This document shows positions 28,984 to 36,249 of a stretch of DNA of 60,490 nt, in pieces. Positions within the stretch are counted from its first letter, which is position 1, and every line of letters begins with the position of its first letter. Position numbers and translations under genes: made by a program. The DNA is from a virus (lineage: Duplodnaviria; Caudoviricetes), in the IMG/VR virus record IMGVR_UViG_3300035181_000419, positions 1-60,490 of that record, one strand, 5' to 3'. The notes under the pieces are model-generated. The model searched no databases, was not told the origin of the DNA, and worked only from the letters and a program-made list of their open reading frames with translations.

Positions 28984-29484
28984 CTAGGCAGGCACGCTAA
29001 GGGTGATTACCTGCTTTTGCCACGCGCACCTAACGTCACCCGCGTTAATGCTAAACCACGCGCCCGTGGCCGGGTGCTGGGCCGCAAGGCCCCGCACCTT
29101 GCACTGGCCGCTGGCCTGGGCCTTGGCCTGCGCGGGCAGGGTGCAGGCCAGCACGGCGCCCACGGTGCAAGGCTGGCCGTTGCTGGCAAGCTGGCCCATG
29201 GCCTGCAAAATGGCGTTGTGCCCGGCGCTGCGCACGCTACCGTTGGCAGGCACGGGCACGGGGCCAGTGGCCACCAGCAAGCCATGCGTGGGCATGGCGC
29301 CCCCGCAGAGCTGGTGCATGAGGGTGGCCTGGGCCTGCCTGCTACTGGCACCCTGCAACGGCGTGCTGGGCGTGGCGGGCACCGGCACGGCGGGCACGGC
29401 GGGCGCCTTAACGGCGGGCGTGGTGGTGGCGGTGGTGGTAGCCTTGGCGGCCTTGGCGGTGGTGGTGGTGGGCTTGGTAGCCAT
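28984..29484 (-). CDS. 166-aa island protein (0 Glu, 1 Asp): T/A/K/P tail plus putative DNA-binding domain paralogous to 41417 and 56100
   Basis: ATG 29484 with AAAGGGG RBS, own promoter and hairpin; TV...D....ITL pattern. Confidence 0.75.
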   Translation of the reverse strand: MATKPTTTTAKAAKATTTATTTPAVKAPAVPAVPVPATPSTPLQGASSRQAQATLMHQLCGGAMPTHGLLVATGPVPVPANGSVRSAGHNAILQAMGQLASNGQPCTVGAVLACTLPAQAKAQASGQCKVRGLAAQHPATGAWFSINAGDVRCAWQKQVITLSVPA

Positions 29485-29531
29485 TGTGTACCCCTTTGGG
29501 TATGGGCCGGGCGGCATTGCCGGGCTTGCAT

Positions 29532-29561
29532 AGTATAAGCATTGCCCATGCCAAAGTGCAA
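29532..29561 (-). promoter_or_regulatory. Promoter of island gene
   Basis: TTGCAC-N18-TATACT. Confidence 0.65.
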
Positions 29562-29724
29562 GGTGCTGTGTTTGCAGCACTTAGCTATATTACCGCCGTG
29601 GCATAGTGCCGCATTGCGGCATAGCATAAAGGCCCGTTTGCCGCTAAGTGTAGCAATAGCATAACTTAACCTGGTGCCGCGTTGGGGCTATGCTATGCCG
29701 CATTGCGGCACCCGCCCACACGGC

Positions 29725-29853
29725 TCGCCCGTAGCAGCTTTCGTGCCAATTCGCCCTTAGCATCTTTCGTGCCAATTCGCCCTAAGCAGCTTTCGTGCCA
29801 ATTCGCCCTAAGCAGCTTTCGTGCCAATTCGCCCTTAGCAGCTTTCGTGCCAA
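29725..29853. repeat. 26-bp tandem repeat, ~5 copies
   Basis: AGCAGCTTTCGTGCCAATTCGCCCT(T/A) at 29733, 29759, 29785, 29811, partial 29837. Confidence 0.95.
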
Positions 29854-30028
29854 AGCCATTCTTTTCGTTTTCGGTTTCTTTATTCTTTTCTTTTCGTAGT
29901 CTATGCCTCAGGCGCGGAGTCGCGCGGAGTCGCGCAGAGTCCCGCTCGAGCGCCCGCGTGTGAGCTCAACCCGTGAGCTCCTCGGCTCCTCGAGCGAGCG
30001 CCCGCGTGTGAACTCCGCGATCTGTGAT

Positions 30029-30108
30029 CCTGAGTCGCGCAGAGTCAGCCAAAAGATGCTCAAATAAGGAGTCCCCTAAGGGACTCCTCGCGTGCTCGCG
30101 TGTGAACT
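30029..30108. repeat. 80-bp dispersed repeat with terminator hairpin (copy 2 at 30412-30491)
   Basis: CCTGAGTCGCGCAGAGTCAGCCAAAAGATGCTCAAA...GGAG(T/C)CCCCTAAGGGACTCC...GCGTGTGAACT. Confidence 0.9.
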
Positions 30109-30308
30109 CAGTTCCAATTCCCGTAGGCACGTCGCTCAGCTTGCTCTATCGCGCGCTGCCACATCTGGTCTATGAAGTCGCGTAATCGCTGATGCCCTGA
30201 TCGCTTGGCGCGGATTTTCCTTGATTCTCCGGCACACAGCCGCTTGCAGAGGATGTTTCCTGTGTAGGGGTGGCGGGGGAGGCGGCGAGTGTGGGTGGGG
30301 GTGGCCAC
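30108..30308 (-). CDS. Small basic hypothetical protein (66 aa)
   Basis: GTG with AAAGGAG RBS between repeated promoter and terminator. Confidence 0.65.
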   Translation of the reverse strand: MATPTHTRRLPRHPYTGNILCKRLCAGESRKIRAKRSGHQRLRDFIDQMWQRAIEQAERRAYGNWN

Positions 30309-30354
30309 TGTAGGCTCCTTTGGGTTGTGACAGGCACCCTTGCCTGGTATGTAT

Positions 30355-30430
30355 AGTATAGGGCCTATGCAGCTCAAATGCGCCTCAAAGTTTAATCAAA
30401 GATTTTCGAGCCCTGAGTCGCGCAGAGTCA
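30355..30430 (-). promoter_or_regulatory. Repeated phage promoter (58-bp copy at 30901-30958; related at 31920-31966)
   Basis: CTTTGATTAAACTTTGA-N24-TATACT. Confidence 0.75.
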
Positions 30431-30490
30431 GCCAAAAGATGCTCAAACAAGGAGCCCCCTAAGGGACTCCATGCGCGCTCGCGTGTGAAC

Positions 30491-30697
30491 TTAGTTTTTC
30501 GGATAAACCTTGATGCCGTCAACGTAGACAGCTTCAACATCGTGCTCGAATCCCGGTCCGGGGTTATTCACCAGACTATGAATCACATCCAGCTCCCTAG
30601 GATCCAAGAACGCGGACCACGCGGGGAGACCGTTGGCGAAGAAAGGGCTGGGAGTCTCGGGAACTCCGGGCTTACGAGTGATTTGGACGTGTGCCAT
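30491..30697 (-). CDS. Hypothetical protein (68 aa)
   Basis: MAHVQITRK..., AAGGTG RBS, ends at repeated terminator. Confidence 0.6.
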   Translation of the reverse strand: MAHVQITRKPGVPETPSPFFANGLPAWSAFLDPRELDVIHSLVNNPGPGFEHDVEAVYVDGIKVYPKN

Positions 30698-30698
30698 G

Positions 30699-30836
30699 TC
30701 AGCCCACCTTGACCAGACGCCGCGCGATGCGGGGGGAGTTGCCGCAGGCGATGAGCCCGCAGAAGAGATACGAGCAAGCCAGTGCCCAGACGGCGACGGG
30801 CCGGGCAACGCGGACAGTGCAGTGGAACTTGGACAT
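30699..30836 (-). CDS. Small hydrophobic protein (45 aa)
   Basis: MSKFHCTV..., GGGGG RBS downstream of repeated promoter. Confidence 0.5.
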   Translation of the reverse strand: MSKFHCTVRVARPVAVWALACSYLFCGLIACGNSPRIARRLVKVG

Positions 30837-31070
30837 TGTGGACCCCCAGGGGCTGGATGGCGGCACCGTTGCCGCTGGTATAAGTATATAGCCCGCGCCA
30901 CTCAAATGCACCTCAAAGTTTAATCAAAGATTTTCGAGCCCCGAGTCGCGCAGAGTCAAGGTAAATATTCTCAAAACAAGGAACCCTTGAAGTCTCCTTG
31001 CGTAGATCTCGGTGCCGAGCCCCCTAGATGCCTGAGATGAAAATGTCTCGGGGGAGTTCGGTGGATTGGC

Positions 31071-31289
31071 TCATGGCTGCCTCGGGATAATGCTGACCAG
31101 GGTGCCACCGTCCACGAGGGTGCCTTTCTCGATCAGGTGTTTGGGGATCATGAGGACAGGGGTGAGCAGTATCTTACCCTCCTCGATGACCTCCATGGCC
31201 AGGATGTCACCCGGTTGAACTCCGGTCTCTGGAGGCAGCGTGATGCGCTTGCGTGAGTCCGTGGTGAGCTGGAACTTCCTAGGCTTCAT
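31071..31289 (-). CDS. AbrB/MazE/SpoVT-type DNA-binding protein
   Basis: TDSRKRITLP...GVQPGD.....EEGKILLTP; GAGGAG RBS. Confidence 0.8.
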   Translation of the reverse strand: MKPRKFQLTTDSRKRITLPPETGVQPGDILAMEVIEEGKILLTPVLMIPKHLIEKGTLVDGGTLVSIIPRQP

Positions 31290-31458
31290 GGGATCTCCTC
31301 ATGTGAATGATACATCGAGTGAGGTGGTCGTAAAACCAGGCCCCTCTGCGCCTCGAAGTGGGGCCCTGACCGCTACCACCTAGGCATGGGGGCTCGAGGA
31401 GCGTAGAGCGTGGCCCAGAGCTGTCTGGGCCACGTTCTGGGTGCGGTGGCGGGGCTGG

Positions 31459-31779
31459 TTAGGGCTGCTCCGGCGTCGAATCCGGCTCCGGTTCCGTCTC
31501 CGGGGCCTCGTTGTTCTCAGGCTCGGGGCGGATGGGCACGTAGCGGATGGGCTCGAGCGGCGCACAGGAGATGTGGTTGATCTTGCATTCTTCAATCCAT
31601 GCCCCAGCCCACGAGTAACAATACTCCAGCTCCTGTTTCTTGAGAGATTCTCCCACGAGTCTCACGGCCTCGCCCAGAGCCTGGGCATTCGTTTCTCCAG
31701 CGGTGTGGACGTCAAGCTCCAGTTCAAACTTGACACGCACTCGGGTCTTGATCTTCTCATTCCACTCGGAAGGTTTCAT
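31459..31779 (-). CDS. Hypothetical protein with acidic Pro/Glu tail
   Basis: ATG overlaps upstream stop (ATGA). Confidence 0.6.
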   Translation of the reverse strand: MKPSEWNEKIKTRVRVKFELELDVHTAGETNAQALGEAVRLVGESLKKQELEYCYSWAGAWIEECKINHISCAPLEPIRYVPIRPEPENNEAPETEPEPDSTPEQP

Positions 31780-31883
31780 CGGGACAGCTCCGCTGCGAGG
31801 GCCAGCGTGAAAGCGCTGGCGAGGGTTGCGAGGATGATGCCTGAGAGCCAGGCTTTGAGAACGCGAGTTTGTGCCCTTGGCAT
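31776..31883 (-). CDS. 35-aa membrane peptide (not in track)
   Basis: MPRAQTRVLKAWLSGIILATLASAFTLALAAELSR; GGAGG RBS after promoter. Confidence 0.55.
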   Translation of the reverse strand: MPRAQTRVLKAWLSGIILATLASAFTLALAAELSR

Positions 31884-32025
31884 GATAGCCTCCGTGTGCA
31901 GGGTGGCCCTGCACCTATAAGTATAGTGCTCGGTGCCTCAATTGCAAGCTCAAAGTTTAATCAAAGTTTGGCTCGTCACTAAGAGTCGCGTGGAGTCAGA
32001 TTGAATGAATATTCTAGCGGAGATT

Positions 32026-32148
32026 GTCGGTAAAGAGCGGAGTTCGTGGACTCGTGGATCTCCGCGTGTGAACTCAAGTCGCGTCTGTAAAGAGCGGAAT
32101 TCTTTGAGTCTCGGATCTCCGCGTGTGAACTCCAGTCGCGTCGGTAAA
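32026..32148. repeat. 57-bp tandem repeat, ~2.1 copies
   Basis: GTAAAGAGCGGA...GGATCTCCGCGTGTGAACTC.AGTCGCG. Confidence 0.85.
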
Positions 32149-32534
32149 TTAAGGACTGGGATCTCTGTATTATAGCGAAAATGAGCGAAAATGGATTGAG
32201 GGATGAACGTGGAAACTCGGATCTTTGGCCCGATTTATGGAGTAGAAAACACAGATTTTGTGTGGCTCGGCTCTTTGTGCTCAGATCGCTCATCGTTCAG
32301 AGAACATAGTCAACTCGGAAGGATTCCGAATTTTGCATAACTCGGAATCGAGAATCACACCGCCTTTTGGGGGGAGGATTATGGCGGCGCCGGAGATCGG
32401 AGAAGCGAAGAATCTTGGCGAAGATCTGGGCGCTTAACAGAATCTTATCGGGGAATCTTATCGGTGGATCTTATCAATTACTCATTATGGGCAGGCATAC
32501 TCCGTGCCAAAAGGCATCAGAGATCCAAGTTTCC

Positions 32535-32655
32535 AAAAAGTTTATTTTAAGTGTAACCATCTATATATACCTAGAATAAAATAAATAAATATAATAAGTA
32601 AATAAATAGGAAAGTATAGAGTTATAGTTGTGTATTTTGTTTTACAGTATATAAG
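32535..32655. other. AT-rich tract at strand switch, candidate replication origin
   Basis: ATAAAATAAATAAATATAATAAGTAAATAAAT in an otherwise GC-rich genome. Confidence 0.45.
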
Positions 32656-32893
32656 ACCGGCACGCGCAAAAGCCCTTTTTTCGTTATTCAACCTATTGCA
32701 AACAGGGCACATGAGTTTTACGTTTCAAAAGCATTTCCAGCCCCCCACCCGAGAAGCCCAAAATCTGGCCCAATTATGGAGCAAAATGCTCGGTGCCAAA
32801 CTATTACATAAGGTGCCTCGGGGAGTCCCAGAGCCACCTTATATAATAAGCCCCCGCAGACCCAAAAACCGCGCTATTCCGTAAAACAAGCCG

Positions 32894-32922
32894 TTGCGCA
32901 TGAGGAAAACACACCCTATACT
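32894..32922 (+). promoter_or_regulatory. Promoter for early arm
   Basis: TTGCGC-N17-TATACT. Confidence 0.75.
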
Positions 32923-32953
32923 TAGCTAGGCACGGTGGCCTAGGGAGAAACAC

Positions 32954-33457
32954 ATGGAAGAAGAGGAATATATTCCCAAGCGAAAGTCGTCACTTACGGA
33001 GGAACAGCGCTTCGACGATAAGTTGGTGAAGTCCCCCAACTCCGACTGCTGGCTGTGGCAGGGAACGCGGGGCCGAGGCGGGCAGTGCCTTTTCACCCTC
33101 AGTAGCGGCAAGCTGGTTCAGGCTGGACGCTATGCCTGGGAGCGAGCGCATGGCCCCCTTGAGGCGGGCGTCCGCGTTTCGAGGACCTGTTTGAATAGGA
33201 ACTGCATGAACCCGGCGCATCTGTATGTTTACGCCCCCGAAGGCTACAAGCCCAAAGTCGGAGCGCCCGAGCGCGAAATGAAGCCGAACATGCGGATGGT
33301 TGAGAAAAAGATCATGGAGCTTCATGCCGAGCTTACAGCCCAGGGCATGGAGGGCGCGGCCATTGCCGCGAGGCTGAAACGTCGGAAAGTAGAATTGTGC
33401 AAGGAGTTTGGGCTGATCGAAGGCACTAAGTTCCTGAAGAAGGGTGCCAAGGAATGA
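32954..33457 (+). CDS. HNH/His-Cys-box-like protein, degenerate active site
   Basis: DCWLWQG...VSRTCLNRNCMNPAHL. Confidence 0.75.
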   Translation: MEEEEYIPKRKSSLTEEQRFDDKLVKSPNSDCWLWQGTRGRGGQCLFTLSSGKLVQAGRYAWERAHGPLEAGVRVSRTCLNRNCMNPAHLYVYAPEGYKPKVGAPEREMKPNMRMVEKKIMELHAELTAQGMEGAAIAARLKRRKVELCKEFGLIEGTKFLKKGAKE

Positions 33458-33729
33458 GCCGGCCCCCGAGGGTTCTCACGCAGGAACTTCTTGACACCCT
33501 GGTCGAGAAACAGCCGAACGGATGCTGGCTGTGGCTCGGAGCGGTCAGGAATGGGAAGCCTGTGTGGTGGACCCAGACGGCGGCCCGCGAGGTGGCGCTG
33601 ATGCAAAACGGAAGCGCCCCGTGTTTTCACCTTTCTACATCGTGCGGGAACGCGCTCTGCGTGGCGCCCGAGCACATCGTCAACCGTAGAACAAAGGAGC
33701 ATGTATGCCAGCCAATCAGGCTTACCTAG
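33454..33729 (+). CDS. HNH-like protein, degenerate
   Basis: GCWLWLG...LSTSCGNALCVAPEHI. Confidence 0.65.
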   Translation: MSRPPRVLTQELLDTLVEKQPNGCWLWLGAVRNGKPVWWTQTAAREVALMQNGSAPCFHLSTSCGNALCVAPEHIVNRRTKEHVCQPIRLT

Positions 33730-33911
33730 GGGACGCACTGTATGTCGCAGTGGTGCATGGCGCGGCGCTGGAGCTGCGTGCCAACGACTTAGAGGATCCG
33801 TCAGACGTGGTGTATCTGGAGCACGAGACCTACGAGGCTCTGATCCGGTTCGCTGACCAGCTTGGGTGGCCGCGACCGGCGTTGCCGAGCGCGGACCATA
33901 AGGAGCACTGA
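33705..33911 (+). CDS. Phage hypothetical protein
   Basis: YLGDALYV...VYLE..TYEAL; AAGGAG RBS. Confidence 0.7.
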   Translation: MPANQAYLGDALYVAVVHGAALELRANDLEDPSDVVYLEHETYEALIRFADQLGWPRPALPSADHKEH

Positions 33912-34096
33912 TGACCCCTGTCTGTTCTTTCTGTGGAACCGAGGCCCCAGAAGCAGAGCTGCTGCTCCAGTGTGGTCAGAACCCCCGCGTATTCATTTGT
34001 TCCTGGTGCGTGGAGTCCGCCCTGCCGGCCATCGCCGCCTATCGCCGGAGCCATGGCTGGAAGCGCGTCCCGCCCCCGCCCCGCAGCAACACCTGA
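33911..34096 (+). CDS. Stand-alone ClpX-type C4 zinc-finger protein
   Basis: CSFCG...LL......FICSWCV. Confidence 0.8.
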   Translation: MTPVCSFCGTEAPEAELLLQCGQNPRVFICSWCVESALPAIAAYRRSHGWKRVPPPPRSNT

Positions 34097-34141
34097 AGTT
34101 TCATCGCAACAGGGCGGCAGCCCGACAGGAGGATTAGCCAA

Positions 34142-34888
34142 ATGGATGTGAAATCCGTTACATGCGAGGCCCTTAGGGACATGCTGGCCGACCCCCGGAG
34201 GTGGTCCACCGACGATGACGGCCCCAAGGTGAGTCTCGCCGGAGTTAACCTCTCCAGGATGAATCTCGCAGGAGTGGACCTCAGCAGGGCGGACCTCTCT
34301 GGTGCGGATCTCGCTGGAGCGAACCTCTCCAGGGCGAACCTCTCAGGAGCTAACCTCGTGAGGGCGGACCTTTGCGGGGCGGACCTTTGCGGGTCTAACT
34401 TCTCCAAGGCGAACCTCCTTGGGGCTAACCTCTTTGGGGTGGACCTCTATGGGGCGAACCTCTGCGGGGCGGACCTCTCGGAGGCTAACCTCATCAGGAC
34501 CGACTTCACCAGGGCTGACCTCTCCGATGCGGATCTCTACGGAGCGGATATATCGTGGGCGGACTTCTACAAGACGAACATCACCAGGACGGCCTTCTAC
34601 GGGTCTAAATACTGCGGTATGACGTTTGCGGCGGTCGTCGTCATGGTTGGCCTCTACCGGTATCAGTGCTGGGCTGTCGTCACCACCGACGGCACCCCGT
34701 TCGTTCGCATGGGGTGCCTCTGGCATTCCGTGGCCGAATGGGACGCCATCGGCATCCGCAACAGCAACACCACTGAGTTCCCCGATGACGGCAGCGACAT
34801 CTCCGAGGAACGCGCGGAGGCCTTTGAGCTTATGCGGGCCAAGGCGCTCCGTATGGCTGAGGCACACAGGAAGCTGGGTGGGCTGTAG
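34142..34888 (+). CDS. Pentapeptide-repeat protein with C-terminal domain
   Basis: A(D/N)LxG repeats; C-terminal VRMGC....EW. Confidence 0.9.
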   Translation: MDVKSVTCEALRDMLADPRRWSTDDDGPKVSLAGVNLSRMNLAGVDLSRADLSGADLAGANLSRANLSGANLVRADLCGADLCGSNFSKANLLGANLFGVDLYGANLCGADLSEANLIRTDFTRADLSDADLYGADISWADFYKTNITRTAFYGSKYCGMTFAAVVVMVGLYRYQCWAVVTTDGTPFVRMGCLWHSVAEWDAIGIRNSNTTEFPDDGSDISEERAEAFELMRAKALRMAEAHRKLGGL

Positions 34889-34910
34889 GGTCAGCGTGGG
34901 GGTTAGGCGC

Positions 34911-35096
34911 GTGGGACAAACCTGGGATGAAACCGTGAAGCGAGAAGCCGAGCTGCAAGACAGGGTGAGCAAGCTGGAGAAGTTCATCTGCCACAGCGGA
35001 GGGTTGGTCAACGAGTGGGCCAAGACGTGCCCGTTCGGAACAAAGATGACGGACCACATCAAGGGCGAGCTCTACGAATGGCTGAAACGTAATTGA
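34911..35096 (+). CDS. Cassette-like hypothetical protein (61 aa)
   Basis: Begins after GTTAGGC (34902), stops just before GCCTAAC (35099). Confidence 0.5.
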   Translation: MGQTWDETVKREAELQDRVSKLEKFICHSGGLVNEWAKTCPFGTKMTDHIKGELYEWLKRN

Positions 35097-35098
35097 GA

Positions 35099-35156
35099 GC
35101 CTAACTTTCTAGCTAGCCGGAGCTGTCAGGCGCGCGGGTTGAGCGAGCAGTTAGGG
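35099..35156 (+). mobile_element. attC-like (59-be-like) integron recombination site
   Basis: GCCTAAC-TTTCT-AGCTAGCCG...CGGGTTGAGC-GAGCA-GTTAGGG, 58 bp, imperfect palindrome. Confidence 0.6.
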
Positions 35157-35176
35157 AGATGAACGGAGGAACCAAC

Positions 35177-35332
35177 ATGCAGGAAGTCTACGAAATGACC
35201 TACTGCCCAGTCTGTCGGAAGCCTTGGGTTCCGTTCCCGGGCCCGTATGGGCTGACGATCTACAGGCCCGACTGCTACCACCAGATCATTGCCACCGATC
35301 ACACCGAACCGACCGAGAAGCGAGAGCCCTAA
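35177..35332 (+). CDS. 51-aa CxxC protein in cassette (not in track)
   Basis: MQEVYEMTYCPVCRKPW...; GGAGG RBS; stop TAA inside CCCTAAC. Confidence 0.65.
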   Translation: MQEVYEMTYCPVCRKPWVPFPGPYGLTIYRPDCYHQIIATDHTEPTEKREP

Positions 35333-35356
35333 CTTTGATTTGGCCGAACAGATAGC
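35328..35356 (+). repeat. 29-bp gene-end repeat (copy at 35623-35651)
   Basis: CCTAACTTTGATTTGG(C/G)CGAACAGATAGC, 28/29 identical. Confidence 0.9.
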
Positions 35357-35380
35357 ACGAAAAACGTAACAGGAGAAATC

Positions 35381-35650
35381 ATGAAATTCCGAAAGAAGCC
35401 AGTTGTGATTGACGCGGAACTCTATGACGGGACCGCCGCAAGCGTGGAACGAGTGATGGAAATGGGAGGAACACGGGGAATTAACAACAGCCCGGAAGGG
35501 CTTTACATCGTGACCCTCGAAGGGACGATGAGAGCGGACAAGGGCGACTGGATTATCAAGGGCGTGAAAGGGGAGTTGTATCCCTGCAAGCCTGACATTT
35601 TTCGAGGCAACATACGAAGACGCCTAACTTTGATTTGGGCGAACAGATAG
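35381..35650 (+). CDS. Phage protein of the KKPVVI(E/D)A...YPCKPDIF family; apparent +1 frameshift near 3' end
   Basis: Family motifs; removing one T at 35598-35602 gives PDIFEATYEDA-stop in GCCTAAC. Confidence 0.75.
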   Translation: MKFRKKPVVIDAELYDGTAASVERVMEMGGTRGINNSPEGLYIVTLEGTMRADKGDWIIKGVKGELYPCKPDIFRGNIRRRLTLIWANR

Positions 35651-35685
35651 CCCACCTACCGAGACACGAACCAGAAGGAGCAGTC

Positions 35686-36138
35686 ATGAAAGCCCGCTGT
35701 TGCCCCCGATGCTTGACCATCATTGGAGATCCGGAAGACGGGACCAGCCACACCTGCTCGCCGACCAAAGCGTGGAGGGAAATGGAAACAGAGATCGCAG
35801 AACTGAAGGCTAGGCTCGCTGCCATCCTCGGAGCAGAGATCCAGGCATCCCAGCGCCAAGAGTCTGGAGAACAGTTGAGTCACGACGAACAGCTTTTGAG
35901 GCTGGCGCGTCTCGGTCTCTGGTGTCTCAACGCATCCTACAGTGATCCCATAGGCGACGTAGATGGTGGAGATATCCAGGATAAGGCCCTTGATCTGGGG
36001 ATTCTTACCACTCACGAGGTATCTGAGCCCTGCGGTGAGCACTGTGCCTGTGCAGAGTATGGGTTCCCGGCTACCTGTCTCAGAGAGGCGGACTGGCTGG
36101 CCCCGTTTGAAACCCAGCTCGGAATGCGGCGGGCATAG
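35686..36138 (+). CDS. Cys-rich hypothetical protein
   Basis: AAGGAG RBS; CPRC; DVDGGDIQD...PCGEHCAC. Confidence 0.7.
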   Translation: MKARCCPRCLTIIGDPEDGTSHTCSPTKAWREMETEIAELKARLAAILGAEIQASQRQESGEQLSHDEQLLRLARLGLWCLNASYSDPIGDVDGGDIQDKALDLGILTTHEVSEPCGEHCACAEYGFPATCLREADWLAPFETQLGMRRA

Positions 36139-36145
36139 CCCGCAA

Positions 36146-36192
36146 GTTTGACCTAACTTTGACCGGCAAGCGCCTTAGCCGAGCCCTATACT
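36146..36192 (+). promoter_or_regulatory. Direct-repeat-type phage promoter
   Basis: GTTTGACCTAACTTTGA-N24-TATACT. Confidence 0.75.
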
Positions 36193-36249
36193 ATGGCATG
36201 GCAACCGGGCCAGCCCTCGCCCCTAACCGGCCCCACGGAGGAAATCGGA

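Larger units (their letters stand above)
28795..29724. other. GA/TC-dinucleotide-free island
   Basis: Manual count: only 4 GA/TC dinucleotides (29005, 29036, 29308, 29320) in 930 bp. Confidence 0.95.

Noticed and set aside
28909-29627. Several overlapping long ORFs in the island
   Set aside because: Open frames arise from high GC and absence of TGA (no GA); only 28984..29484(-) has promoter, RBS, hairpin and paralogues.
29725-29853. CRISPR array
   Set aside because: Repeats are contiguous with no unique spacers; no cas operon (the Cas4-like gene is a typical replication-module exonuclease).
35328-35651. Treating the 29-bp repeats as TTTGA-box promoters
   Set aside because: They share AACTTTGA but lack the first half-site and have no -10 box 23-25 nt downstream.
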